64,000 bases of DNA from Octopus bimaculoides (GCF_001194135.2 NC_068990.1:3173704-3237703), one strand, 5' to 3'; shown: positions 27,086 to 39,985, counted from the first letter of the stretch. The notes: a model not told the origin generated them from the sequence alone. Numbers and translations are program-made.

Positions 27086-27121
<36 letters not shown>

Positions 27122-27129
27122 AGAATGTG

Positions 27130-27320
27130 TGTATTTATGTGTCTGTGTCTTTGTGCCTGTGTTTGTCCCCACCACCATTGTTTGACAACCGATGTTGATG
27201 TGTTTACGTCCCCATAAGTTAGCGGTTCGGCCTACAAAGAATAAGACCTTTAATGGAAGCAGTCAAATAACTGAAGCAAGTAAAAGAATAAAAGAATACG
27301 CAAGTAAAAGAATAAAAGAA
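27130..27320 (+). mobile_element. SINE family B 3' half with internal deletion and duplicated tail
   Basis: gtttgtccccaccaccattgtttgacaaccgatg..gcggttcggc..gcagtcaaataactgaagc, then aagtaaaagaataaaagaatac twice. Confidence 0.85.
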
Positions 27321-27630
27321 TACACCCAAATATACATTTATGTGCTAGTCTCGAATACACTGCATTTGAACTCTCAGCCACTTAAAAGAGTCAACGTAGC
27401 GTCGAACTGCACAGTATTCGTCTCGGGAATAGAAAAACAAACAAACAAACACGAAATCATAAAAGAAATAGTAGAATGCGGTCCAATAGCGATTGGGTAG
27501 CATATTAATCGATGCAAGAGAATAAAACGGAAGCTGACACTTCAGTATTATTCAAACACAGATCATAGAGAAGCAGGACAGACATCAAAAGATAGTGAGC
27601 CGATGTTCTAATTATTCATCGAGTTGACAG

Positions 27631-27667
<37 letters not shown>

Positions 27668-27678
27668 NNNNNNNNNNG

Positions 27679-27745
<67 letters not shown>

Positions 27746-28639
27746 TTGTTATGTGTATATACACACACATATATACGTATACACACATATATATATATAT
27801 ATATAGGGAGAGAGGGAGGGAAGGGGATATATAGATATATGAATTATTTTCTCAAAATCGGTACATGTAACGATATCAAATTTGACATCCGAAAATACCA
27901 ACGAATCTATTGATGTATAAATATTATAATTTTCCTCTTAATATGCGTTGAAGACATGTTTCCGCTTCCTCTATTCGTCACTAATTTGTTTCTTATTCGA
28001 TTGTGCATATCTGAAATTGCCTGATGTAGTACATTTAATTACGATTGTATTTTTAGCAAATTGTAACTATTAATATATAATATAGCTACGGAAACATCAA
28101 GATTATAATAGATATATGACGTCACCAAAAGACGACATTTTGCAAGAAGATGGGAGGGAGATAAGCAATATTTTATTATTTTGATTATAGCAAATTTCTT
28201 GTACATTTTTGATGGGATCACTTTGCAGTTACAAGAAATGCATTAAGTCGCTGTCAAAGTTTCTTTCAAAGAGTACCCTGCTCCTTTGAAATACAGCAGT
28301 CAATTTAACTTAATCCAGGTTGCACTATGCCAATTAGATGATCAAACTTTAAATGCCCTTTTTTGTAGGGTTGAATGATAAGGATTCACCGGAAGCAAAA
28401 CACGGAACTATGAGCCAATCCGGGAGGTGTTCATCAAAGATTAAAAACCAAAGTATAGATAATTTATGACTGACACAGTGGATTCTCAATATCATAGTTC
28501 GTCCCGTTAAGAATATACTCAAATCTCCAAACAATCACACATTAACTTTTCCAGTAGTAAAAGAACTCATTAAACGTGTTGTTCTACATATATTTAATGC
28601 GCTCCATTTCGATGTCTTCGACCTGGATTAATGTGAAGA

Positions 28640-29165
28640 TAAAGACCAACAACAACAACAACAACATTGGAAGGATGGAGAATAATGTTGACTATAACAG
28701 GATTTGAATTCAGAACGACTAAATTCTGGGAAGTATTCCATCAGGCGTTTGAATTTTGCAATCTACAGCACTTTGTAAATATATCCATTTCCAACAAAGG
28801 TACAAGCCCATGCATTTTGTCGGAATATATAATCGATTAAGCAGGTACCAAACATATGACTAGAATATATTTTATCGATCTCTGTATATAATGTATGAAA
28901 GCTAATTCAGAAAGTTATGAATTCAGAAAAATAAAGAGTGTATCGTAAGACAATGATTTATTGAATAGATATAAATCCGCAAATTTGGCCGAAGGGATCT
29001 GCCAATTATATCGACATGGGCACGTCACTGGTACTTTATTTCATTGATAGTAGAAGGATGAAGGGTAAACTGGCCCTCGGTGGTACTTCAACAATGGGGT
29101 GTATTTAAGAACTGCAACTAGATGCCGCAAAATGTTTGTCCAGCCCCCCCTCGATTCTGCCAAAT
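28640..29165 (-). mobile_element. Cluster of 2-3 degenerate SINE family A copies
   Basis: ggatttgaattcagaac (28700), gaaagctaattcag (28900) and gatgaagggtaaactggccctcgg..cgattctgcca (29060-29162). Confidence 0.55.
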
Positions 29166-30129
29166 GATCATTCTGGATGTCACGAAACACTGATTTCGAA
29201 TATAGACGCAAGTTCTCAAAGATGATAATAGTCAACAATTGCTTATATCGAGCTCCATTACTCGGCAGATAATTTATTTAGTCGAACTTGAATAGGTGAA
29301 TAACAAAATTAGCTTCAGCAGCAGTTGAACTCAGAACGGGGGGAAAGAAAAACAGATGCTGGAAGAAATGCCGCAATACATTTAATCTAACGCTGTAATG
29401 GTTATGCATATTCAGTGCCCTCTGGAAGGGACTAAACATTGGAAGATATTTCATTATCCCCTTCACCGATTCTGCCAATCTACCAGATGTTTCATCGGTA
29501 TAATTATAACAGCAAACGGTATATTTGTAGAGCGGGCGAGAGAAACTAAGCATTTGTGCATGTACGAGTGAAAGAGAGAGAGGGGGCAGGACTAAGAGAT
29601 AATGAAAGAGAGGTGTGTGTACATGCGTGGAAGAGAATATTAATGCTACGATTGTAATAGTCGTAGTTGTTGTATTGCTGATTGTGGTCGTGGGGTGAAT
29701 GGCAGTTTTAACCGTCGTAATAGAAGTAAAAGCAATATTTGTGTTGGTTTAAGAGGTTCCAACTGATAGCAAGTAATGCAAGAAGAACAAAAACGGCAAC
29801 AACTCTAAAACCTCTAGCATCAAAGAGAATAACCCGGATGGAGATATCAGCAACAACCTCATTTGCAATGCGGTCACTACATTAGCTGCATCAACGACAG
29901 CAATGCCAACAACAGCAACAACACTGACGTTGGTGAAGCATTTAATTAAACATAATATTATCAACAACAAAATTAGCAGCAGCAGTAGTGGTAAGGACGG
30001 CAATAATAACTTAAACATTAACAGCACCCTCAGTATTAACAATGACGAACTAAAGTAATGATAGTAAAGCAAAACGTGGCTATGGGAAACAACTGCAAAT
30101 CACACGAGTGAACATAGATTACATTATCA

Positions 30130-30310
30130 GTCGGTTTGTTAAATTAAGCAGTAAAATTTCCCCCAAATCCCACTCTATTGCCTTGAAAAAGAAAAAGAAC
30201 ATTTTGATCAATTTTGTCATAGATATCCAAAACAAGACGGTATTGCAAAAACCTGTATGCTTTTAATCATAACTCTAATACGTCAAGGCCCACCTAAGTC
30301 TAAACAAGAA
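30130..30310 (+). mobile_element. Short repeat family D (copy 2)
   Basis: Similar to 165-385 and 32290-32480. Confidence 0.4.
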
Positions 30311-30656
30311 CAAGCAAAAAAATAAAGAACCTCTGACTAGCTGATCAAACGGCTAGAAAAAGCGACCACGCTTTCATCAAATCAGGCTACATTGTCTAAG
30401 ACGCTGGAAAATGCAAAAACAAGCAGTGGCCAGCAAACAGTTCAGTACGGCACAATAGAGAGTCACAAAGTGAATTTTGATGTACCATTGTTTTAAAACT
30501 TATGTTTATATAATTTATAATAATGATTCTGACTTTTGAAAAGTGTCTTATTTTTTTACTCGTGTGTGATTCTCAAAACAGGGTATGCAATATTTCACAT
30601 ACACGTAAATGTTCCTTTTCAAATTTTGAAACAGTTCTTTTCTTTTGTTTTTTATT

Positions 30657-30693
<37 letters not shown>

Positions 30694-30979
30694 CATTTTA
30701 ATTTTCCACGGACATTGACTACTAATGCACTAAAAGTTGTACACATAGAGAGCTAAAACAGAGGAATAGTCATGGTTGAGATGGTTTTTATCTTTCATTA
30801 ACTCGATCAGAATGACACTGGCAGCAACCGAAGGCAGCAGTCTGTTCATAACGAACGTCGTATCAGCACATCTTGAACAGATATCGCACACGGCACCCAC
30901 CCACCCACATATCATAACATACACACTAGCACAAACATATGCGTACGCACACAAACTCACACACTCACACACACACACA

Positions 30980-31013
<34 letters not shown>

Positions 31014-31734
31014 TACACACAGACAGACTGCCTGCACAATGAATTTAATATATTTAAAATGAAAGAACACTACATGCGAAGGACATAGTTTGTTCCTTGT
31101 AAAAAATTGAACTCCTCATCTTTCGTGCCATCGCCTGTACAATTGATTTCAAATGGAAACCAAAACGAACTGGATCTTGAAACACTACGTAGTCATACTT
31201 ATTTTATTATATTTTACGCTATAACATAATTCTTTGACGATTCAATACCATTTAGAGAGGTTTTTAGCAGCTTTATTTGCGTTACACCATGCAACAACTA
31301 TTTTTCTCATTTCACCCTACTATGTTCTATAAGTTTCTCTGGTCGTGCAGGCTTTCGTTTTTCAGTTAGCCTTCTTAATGGTACATTCGATATCCAGTCC
31401 CATCCCACTCTGGTGTGGGTGGCCCAGCCACCTCAGTTGCCGGCAAGTCATATTAAGGATTAAATCAAATCATCAGTTGTTAAACTATCAAAATACCTTG
31501 AACCATCCATTCCTTCCAAACAGTCCATAATCATATACACCAAATTAATAACACCAAAAACGCAATTGCAGCAGAATATTATTGAATCTATCTTGTTCGC
31601 CTCTGCTATTACAGCCACTGCCAATACACACAAGCACAGTCAATCAGTCTGGACATAGTCTGTCACAATCTAAGATTAATTACTTCATATATGAGTGACC
31701 CATGTGGTCATAAAGTAGATGGTAGTGAAAATAC

Positions 31735-32005
31735 GCGTGTTAGTGGTCAGGGTATTCGGATCGCGATCGTAAAGTCGGGAGTTCGCTTCCTGGAGGCGTG
31801 TTGTGTCCTTAAGAAAGACTCTTTATTTCATATTGCTACAGTCCACTCAGCTGGCAAAAATGAAATGTACCTGTAATTCAAATGGCCAACCTTGTCATAT
31901 TCTCCCTGGGAACTACATCAGCCACTTCCACATTAATTTCACGAGCAGGTTTTTCGGCGATCAGATCAACTGGAACCCTCGTCGTCGTAACCGACGTAGT
32001 GCCAG
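31735..32005 (+). mobile_element. tRNA-derived SINE family C (V/Meta-domain-like core)
   Basis: tRNA-like head gtgttagtggtcagg..ggagttcgcttcc; core gtgttgtgtccttaagaaagac..cagtccactcagctgg..aaatg; GC-rich tail gatcaactggaaccctcgtcgtcgtaaccgacg. Confidence 0.75.
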
Positions 32006-32117
32006 GTAACGAGGTTAGTGTAAAATATTCCTAAAGCCACTCGCTGTGAGAGGGAGAGGCATGCAGTGTACCTTACATCAGCGCATCGGAATTATCAGAA
32101 ACATTTGCACGTATTAC

Positions 32118-32187
32118 CAATCAAATACTGTAGTGAAGCTCTCAAGCACATTGAAGCCTCCAATAAACGCCTGCTTAGAGCTCCAAT
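32118..32187 (-). CDS. Weak candidate coding exon (70 nt, phase 1 to 2)
   Basis: Acceptor ctgttacttcag, frame WSSKQAFIGGFNVLESFTTVFDW, donor TTG|GTAATA; could be a chance pseudo-exon. Confidence 0.2.
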
Positions 32188-32289
32188 CTGAAGTAACAGC
32201 TACTTGGGTAGGGGTTTAATAATGAATTATAACAAGAACACTGTCATCAATATCATACATTAAAGTCTCTGCATAGTTATTCGCAATGC

Positions 32290-32480
32290 TAAAAAGAGCA
32301 GTTAAATCTTAGGGCAATCACATTTAACTATATTTTTAAAAGAAAAGGACACATCGGACAATGAACACCAAACCGTAAAAACTACAAAATAATGGAGAGA
32401 TCAAAGCCAGAACGCCTTTGATCATGGGTTTGTTTAATGAAAGTTGACCTCAGGTCAAAAAAACATCAACAACCACCACC
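32290..32480 (+). mobile_element. Short repeat family D (copy 3)
   Basis: gcagttaaatct..aaaaggacacatcggacaatg..gcctttgatcatggg..gacctcagg..caacaac. Confidence 0.45.
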
Positions 32481-33191
32481 ATGACTACAACTACAAAAAC
32501 AACAATGATGACAGGATTTCCAACGCAAACAAATGAGAGTAATATGAAAACATGTTAAATAGAAATAACAAGACCCATACAGAGAGCAACAAATGAAGCA
32601 TCTAAGACAACAACAAAAAGAATAGAAAACGATTATCTAAAAGAATAATAGAAGTGATACACATATACATATACAGACGTAGGCACCAACATATACACAT
32701 AAACACGTGTGTGTGTGTGTGTGTATGTGTATGTGTGTGTGTGTGTGTGTGTGTNNNNNNNNNNNNNNNNNNNNNNNNNNNNNNNNNNNNNNNNNNNNNN
32801 NNNNNNNNNNNNNNNNNNNNNNNNNNNNNNNNNNNNNNNNNNNNNNNNNNNNNNNNNNNNNNNNNNNNNNNNNNNNNNNNNNNNNNNNNNNNNNNNNNNN
32901 NNNNNNNNNNNNNNNNNNNNNNNNNNNNNNNNNNNNNNNNNNNNNNNNNNNNNNNNNNNNNNNNNNNNNNNNNNNNNNNNNNNNNNNNNNNNNNNNNNNN
33001 NNNNNNNNNNNNNNNNNNNNNNNNNNNNNNNNNNNNNNNNNNNNNNNNNNNNNNNNNNNNNNNNNNNNNNNNNNNNNNNNNNNNNNNNNNNNNNNNNNNN
33101 NNNNNNNNNNNNNNNNNNNNNNNNNNNNNNNNNNNNNNNNNNNNNNNNNNNNNNNNNNNNNNNNNNNNNNNNNNNNNNNNNNNNNNNNNNN

Positions 33192-33271
33192 GAAATCAGA
33201 AAGTAAGCGACGGGCGAAATACCGGTAAGCATTTCGTCCAGCGTGCTAACGATTCAGCCAGCTCACCGCTT
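33192..33271 (-). mobile_element. SINE family A head (rest lost in gap)
   Basis: gacgggcgaaataccggtaagcatttcgtccagcgtgctaacgattcagccagctcaccg. Confidence 0.85.
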
Positions 33272-33272
33272 C

Positions 33273-33320
<48 letters not shown>

Positions 33321-33321
<1 letters not shown>

Positions 33322-33610
33322 TTTCTTTCTATATTGGCCACCATGGCTGAACACGAAACATAGAGGATGATACACAGACGAGGGACATTGAGGTTAAACG
33401 CGTGAACAGCCAACAAAGAGAACGATTAACAAAGAGATTAAATCAACAATATGCTTCCCCGATAAGGGGGGGGGAGTTCCACCGTTAGGGGACCAAAGAG
33501 GCCTCACGCACTTTGGACCCCTTAACACCAAAGGCTTCACAGGAAGGTACCTTCTCTTCTCATAATGGACTCGGACGATAGCCGGATCCGTCCTACACGT
33601 GAAAATAACT
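33321..33610 (-). mobile_element. Probable retroelement 3' UTR with (ACT)n tail
   Basis: Minus strand ends ..gtggccaatatagaaagaaat plus (ACT)n (33274-33320). GC-rich with hairpins; tail resembles that of the SINE at 53172. Confidence 0.45.
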
Positions 33611-33919
33611 GTTCGACAAAGCTCCACAAGTCAGCAATGCGTGGACACTGTACGAGAGCATGCAGAACGGTTGCTATAGTTGTTTGCGTTGTTGTAGCCG
33701 TTGTTCTTCGTAGTAATGAAGTTGTAGTGTTGGCAGTAGTGAAGGCCTTCTGTTGCTGCCCTCCTGAGATCTTTTTTAGTTAAGGATTTTATCTCAGGTT
33801 TTGCCTGAATCCAAAATCTCCGTCGCCAACCCAAGTCTCTTGTGGTAAGATCGTGCTTAGAGTCTTCCAAAGCCACATATTTTACCACTCACCAGAACTC
33901 TAGTTTTAGTGATGTCTTT

Positions 33920-34150
33920 TATCTTTTACTAGTTTCAGTCATTTGACTGCGGCCATCCTAGGGCATCGCCTTGAAGAATATTTAATCGAATGTTTCGACC
34001 AAGTGCTTATTTTTTAAAAGCCTGGTACTTATTCTGTCACTCTTTCTGGCCGAGCCGCCAAGTTACGGGTATGCAAACACACTAGTACCGGTGGCGAAGT
34101 GGTAGTGGGTGGGGGGACAAACACAGACACAGAAACACATAGACACAAAG
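33920..34150 (-). mobile_element. SINE family B 3' half
   Basis: tttcagtcatttgactgcggccat..cctggtacttattct..ggggacaaacacagacac. Confidence 0.85.
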
Positions 34151-35159
34151 ACATTTTACACGTATCACTCTCAGTCCCAGCTGAATCAATATCCCAACAT
34201 AATTTTCTCGTTTGGGCGGTAGGATGCTTCAACGTTGTGGTTTCCGAATGGAGAATAACTCGAATATATTCAAACTTATAAGCTTGCTCCACAAAACTGA
34301 TGATTTTTCTGTGCTTCTTAAACGAAGTTCAGCTTTGTTAGAAAGTATAGGATTTAATTTGTGTCCTTTCCTTGATAGGCATTTATACAAATATATTTTC
34401 CTTTCGTCTAAAATGTAATACGGTATTTTAAGGGTAATTTTTTCTCTTGTTTATCTATTACATTGTTTCCCCACCTTTTTAAATTCCCATGCTTATTGTT
34501 TAGTGATATAATATCGGACACGTTTGTGGAACTGGCAAAAGAACTATTTTTTGTTGTGATTTTGGGGCTACTGCAGCTGTTATTAGTATCACCATAGTTG
34601 CTACAATTACTATGTCATATTGGTTTTCTTGTGGTGGTGCCACTTAACAGTTTACTGTTACTGACGATTTCAAAAGCCTCTTTGCTTAAGTAATTTTCCA
34701 TTTAGCTTCTATTCTTTTTGCTGCTATTGTTGTTATTGTTGTTGTTATTGTTGATGTTGTTGTTGATGATGATATAATTGTTAGTAGCTGTTGTTGTTGT
34801 TGTTATTATTTTGGCTGCTACCGATGCTACTGGTTCTATTTTTAATTACTAGCACATCAGCAGTATTACGTGGAAGACAATGACTGCGAAAGGCGTTTCA
34901 CTTTCAAAACCTCTCATTTCCCTTTCCTGTTCACGAGTCGTCAAAGCCGGCATCACTTTGATCTTTTTTCTCTTAAGATGTTGACCCTTTGGACGACTGA
35001 CACAAACGGAGGATTCTGATCAGCTGAGAAACATGATAGGATAATTAAATCAAGAAAACAGAATTCTAAAACAGCAGGCACGTCCTCACGAAGCTTCCAA
35101 AACATGTTCAGATTCGCCAATAACCAACAACTGAAGCAACAGCAGCGATAATGATAATA

Positions 35160-35363
35160 GTAATCCCTTCCACTATAGGCACAATAGAGATAATTCGTTT
35201 CGTTTACATTGACCCCATTGCGTAACTGGTACTTAAGTTTATCGACCCCGAAAGGATAAAAGGCAAAGTCGACCTCAACGGAATTTGAAGTCAGCAGGTA
35301 ACGACGAGCGAAATACCACTCGGCACTTTGCTCGGCGTGCTAAAGATTCTGCCAGATCGCCAC
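35160..35363 (-). mobile_element. SINE family A
   Basis: taatcccttccactataggcac tail; ggtacttaagtttatcgaccccgaaaggataaaaggcaaagtcgacctc core. Confidence 0.92.
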
Positions 35364-35405
35364 TAAATGTTATCATGTGCATGTTTTGTCTTGATATAAG
35401 TTTTT

Positions 35406-35474
<69 letters not shown>

Positions 35475-35476
<2 letters not shown>

Positions 35477-35708
35477 GACAAGGCTATAAAAGCTAATAAA
35501 CCGGATATCATCATAAAAGATCAGACAAAGAAGACGTGTTTATTAATTGACATGAGCATTCCCTCTGATCATAATATAGCGGCAAAAGAATTTGACAAGA
35601 TCAGTAAATATAAAGACTTGCTAATAGAAATTGGAAAAATGTGGCACCTCAAGGCGACTACCATACCAGTTATTGTAGGATCTCTAGGAATGATAAAAAA
35701 AAAGGTAC
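35475..35708 (+). mobile_element. R4/Dong-like LINE RLE endonuclease fragment (cut by gap)
   Basis: Stop-free DKAIKANKPDIIIKDQTKKTCLLIDMSIPSDHNIAAKEFDKISKYKDLLIEIGKMWHLKATTIPVIVGSLGMIKK (PD..D..KY motif), directly after (TAA)n. Confidence 0.93.
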
Positions 35709-36107
35709 NNNNNNNNNNNNNNNNNNNNNNNNNNNNNNNNNNNNNNNNNNNNNNNNNNNNNNNNNNNNNNNNNNNNNNNNNNNNNNNNNNNNNNNNNNNN
35801 NNNNNNNNNNNNNNNNNNNNNNNNNNNNNNNNNNNNNNNNNNNNNNNNNNNNNNNNNNNNNNNNNNNNNNNNNNNNNNNNNNNNNNNNNNNNNNNNNNNN
35901 NNNNNNNNNNNNNNNNNNNNNNNNNNNNNNNNNNNNNNNNNNNNNNNNNNNNNNNNNNNNNNNNNNNNNNNNNNNNNNNNNNNNNNNNNNNNNNNNNNNN
36001 NNNNNNNNNNNNNNNNNNNNNNNNNNNNNNNNNNNNNNGCGGCGGCGGCGGCGGCGGCGGCGGCGGTGGTGGTGGTAGTGGTGGTGGTGGTGGTGGTGGT
36101 GATGATG

Positions 36108-36280
36108 ATGATCCTTTCTTATATAGGCATAAGACCTGATATTTTAGTGGAGGAGAGTAGTCGATCACATTGACCCCTATGTTCAACTGGTACTTGTTTT
36201 ATGGATTCCGAAAGGATGAAAAGCAAAATCGAACTCGCAGGAATGCGGTTAAGCGAACGATTCTGTTAGCTTGCCGCCTT
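36108..36280 (-). mobile_element. SINE family A
   Basis: atcctttcttatataggcataagacc tail through ccgaaaggatgaaaagcaaa to ttgccgcctt head. Confidence 0.85.
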
Positions 36281-36334
36281 AACAACATCAACAAAAACAG
36301 GAGCAGCTGGAAAAGCAGGAGCACCGACAGCAGC

Positions 36335-36365
<31 letters not shown>

Positions 36366-36402
36366 GCAGCAGCAGCAGCAACAACAACAACAACAACAAC
36401 AA

Positions 36403-36467
<65 letters not shown>

Positions 36468-36772
36468 TTTTCTGATTCAGGCATAAAGGTCGGGCGAAAC
36501 CATCGACTCAAGTACTTGACTTGTACTTTGTTTAGTCAACTCCCGAAAGGAGGAAAGGAAGAGCTAACTTCCGTGGGTGGCAACGAGTTTATCTGGACAT
36601 CATGAGTCAGTTTGGTACCGACGTAAAACAGGAAAGTGAGCTGATAGCCTCCGTTGATTATGGCCGAAAGCTTGGAAAATTTGTTTAGTAATTAAATTGT
36701 TGTGCTTAAGTATAATTCGATTCAATTATAAATTTGGTCATTTAATATAAAAATTCTAATTTTCAGACCTAT

Positions 36773-36798
36773 GTTCCAAACTTTTGGCCACGTCTGTA
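36773..36798. mobile_element. Orphan Tc1-like terminal inverted repeat
   Basis: Reverse complement is TA-CAGACGTGGCCAAAAGTTTGGAAC, Tc1-like; partner TIR not found. Confidence 0.4.
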
Positions 36799-37959
36799 TG
36801 TGTATCATAAAAAAAAATAACTAACATTCTACACTAGCCTTCTCGATCCCTACCGCATAAAGAATTTTAATAAAATGAGTATTATTCAAAATATATGGAA
36901 TGACATATCCCTACCATCTCATATAATCATTGGCAATACTAAACCCACAAAATAGTATTAGCAGTAATAGTATTAGTATCTCGCAAAAAAAGCAAATGTA
37001 TCAATAATAATATGCTGCAAAAAACAACATCAATTTCAGTAATTGCATGTGTAATATAGTAGCTATAACAGTGCCAACAGACTTAAAGAAAAACAACATT
37101 ATTAGCAATATTTGCAGCCGAAATATTCTAACAGGAATAGCATTAACAGACCTCCAGAGATAACATGAATAATAGTTCTAACCCGTAATATATATCAACT
37201 ATAACAGTATGGGTATACCTAATGGAAAAACGGCATTGATGATAGTATTAGCAACTAAAATAATGTCACCATAATCAACATATATCTACAACAGCATTAA
37301 TAAAAGTACTGCGATAGAATGTACATCAGCTAAAATAAGTGATGTATCTATGATCCACATGGTTAAAATAGCTTCATTAATACCGGTCCACAGGCTGTAA
37401 TATCATAATCACAGCAACAGTAATATTCAACAAAAAAACACCCCTTTGATAGTACTAGAAACTGCAATGCTGCCACTATAACAGCACCAACATGCCAAAA
37501 CAATTGCATAAGTAATTATATTAGCATCCAAACTATTGTGGCCATAACATTAAGAATCTGCCTCCCCTAACAGCTTCAGTAACAGTACTAGCATTGAGAT
37601 TAGTCGCAATAACAGCCATACCATTCACAAAATTTTTGCTGTTTTTTATTGTGTTGTCAAGTTTTCTATTTAATTAGTGTTGTATCTGTTGTTATTACTG
37701 TCAACAATAAGAGCCACCAGCAAAATGAATCAAAAATGGACAACCATAAAATCAATAACCACAACAATCTATTCAATAAAGTCTTAAAATTGCAACAACC
37801 AGCCCCGCAATCTCCTACCTAGCTTACACTTAAGATGTATAGCGGAACTGTGATAATCATATTTCAGAAGTGAGTAGAGAGACGGTTCATTATGGATATA
37901 GCAGTGTTGTACGAAAGAAGGAACCGGAACGTGTAGTGATGACAAAACAAAAATAAGTT

Positions 37960-38470
37960 TCGCGGTTTTGTATTTGATGAAGTTACCGATGACGCTGATT
38001 CGATGGGGTCATAGTATGTATAACCTAAAGGAAATAAAACTGTGTTACGGCTTGACCCATATGAACTTGGATATTCTCTGATATCTTTAATATTGCTGGT
38101 ACTGAGGGAAAGACTAACCTTGTGCGTGAAAGTGGGCTGAAATGTTGGTAACCCGCAATAAAAAGTTGGGAAACGAAATGTCATGTCATATTTACTTTTA
38201 AACTATTTTGATCAGGCGAGAAAGTTTTCTCCGTGCTCTTTGTCAAGATTGACGCTGTTGCTCATCTTCAGCAAACACACGGACAAAAGAGTAACCGAGG
38301 TTTCACTCGCAGAGAAAGAATGACTGGAAGGAGTTGTTAATATGGTGCCAGGTTTAACACTGCATTTGTGACGAGAGGAGGAGATTCTTCTGGACCGAAT
38401 GTTGCTTGGAAGGTGGAGTAAACAACCAACTTGTTCTGAAAAGTATAGAATTTTATAGGACGGGTACACA
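37960..38470 (+). mobile_element. Possible highly decayed piggyBac transposase remnant
   Basis: Frame-hopping gives DE.., LGYS..FNI.G, HIYF*NYF (compare DNYF), NRGF, RG, W in piggyBac order; heavily degenerate. Confidence 0.3.
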
Positions 38471-38682
38471 ACAGTAAAATTAGATCGGCTCTTAACTAAT
38501 TGCTGCTACTATAGTATTTTCTGTCCCTAAAGAGAAGTGTAATTTTGAGGGGACCGGATTTTTATGCGTTGTAAATATGAAAAAGCTTAGATAAATGCAT
38601 ATGTTGTGTGTATGTGTGCGTGCGTGCTTATATGCATCAATACATATTCACTCATGAACGCGCGCGCGCACGCACACACATA

Positions 38683-38996
38683 CAGTGGAACCTTGCTTTA
38701 CGAATTTAAATCGTTTCTGAAGGCCGTTCATCACCCGAAATGTTCGTGGATCGAAACTATTTTTCCTAAAGGAAATTCAAGAGAAAGCACGCCGAGTAGG
38801 AATGTGCACTGAGTGAAAACTAGACAGTAACTGATGTTGTCGCGCTAATACTCCCAGTATGTGGCCAACCGTTGTTGCCGATTTGCGTGGCCGTTACTCG
38901 AGGCATTGTTCGTTACCCGAGACGTTTTATGTATGAAATGTTGTTGGTAAACCGATTCGTTCGTATGAGAGATGTTCGTAAACCTTGGTTTCACTG
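38683..38996. mobile_element. pogo/Tigger-like MITE (314 bp)
   Basis: TA|CAGTGGAACCTTGCTTTACGAA ... TTCGTAAACCTTGGTTTCACTG|TA: imperfect TIRs with TA duplication. Confidence 0.85.
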
Positions 38997-39314
38997 TAAA
39001 TAATTCATGTATTTCTTGCTTTTTCATCATGCGTGTGTGTGCTGCAAGANNNNNNNNNNNNNNNNNNNNNNNNNNNNNNNNNNNNNNNNNNNNNNNNNNN
39101 NNNNNNNNNNNNNNNNNNNNNNNNNNNNNNNNNNNNNNNNNNNNNNNNNNNNNNNNNNNNNNNNNNNNNNNNNNNNNNNNNNNNNNNNNNNNNNNNNNNN
39201 NNNNNNNNNNNNNNNNNNNNNNNNNNNNNNNNNNNNNNNNNNNNNNNNNNNNNNNNNNNNNNNNNNNNNNNNNNNNNNNNNNNNNNNNNATATATATATA
39301 TATATATATAAATA

Positions 39315-39440
39315 TATATGTATTTGTTGTCTGTGTTTGTCCCCCACTATCGCTTGACAACCGATGTTGGTGCGTTTACGTCCTCGTAACTTAGCGATTC
39401 GGTAAAGAGACCGATGGAATAAGTATTAGGCTTACAAAAA
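39315..39440 (+). mobile_element. SINE family B 3' half, truncated
   Basis: gtttgtcccccactatcgcttgacaaccgatgttgg..gagaccgatggaataagtattaggcttac. Confidence 0.88.
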
Positions 39441-39492
39441 AATGTTGCTGCACAGATTAAAGTTGTTTACTGCTATGAAGAACAAATAATAG

Positions 39493-39985
39493 TTAATTCG
39501 TTTGCATTTCAGTGGAGGTAAAATAATTAGGTATAGTGGTAGAAATTAAATAATATTCTACTGTTGTAGGGCTCAAATAATCACGTATATTTCTGAAAAT
39601 CGAATTATAATGTATTGCTATAAAGGTGAAACAATCATGTCTGGATGTGGAAGTTATATAATATTGTATGGAGCCCATACAATATTATACCATTGTGGGA
39701 GTCATAAAACCGCTTACCGTTGTGGGGATCAGATAATCGGGTATCAATGAGGCAGACAAATCAATATGTATTAGCGCGGAGGTCGAAATACTGTGTATAG
39801 TTGTGGAGGTCATATAATAGGATATTGATGGAGAAGTCAAATAATTATGTATCACTGTGGAGGTCATACAATCGTGTATTGTTTGGGGGATAAAATACGT
39901 GTGTACTGTGGTAGAGTTCAGATAATGTACATTTTTGAAGGTGGAGTACTACATGTAGTGTTGTAGAGATTAAAGAAGTCTTCTG
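39493..39985 (-). repeat. Degenerate 27-bp tandem array (about 17-18 units)
   Basis: Plus-strand units resemble tgtggaggtcaaataatcatgtatact; the minus frame shows 9-aa periodicity (L/M/F)TSTTIHDY. Confidence 0.8.

Noticed and set aside
28350-28455. Plus-strand acceptor then LNDKDSPEAKHGTMSQSGRCSSKIKNQSIDNL*
   Set aside because: Single short frame with no linked exons or poly(A) evidence.
36940-37640. Periodic-looking A-rich region
   Set aside because: No stable unit length found; consistent with a decayed AAC/AGT microsatellite.
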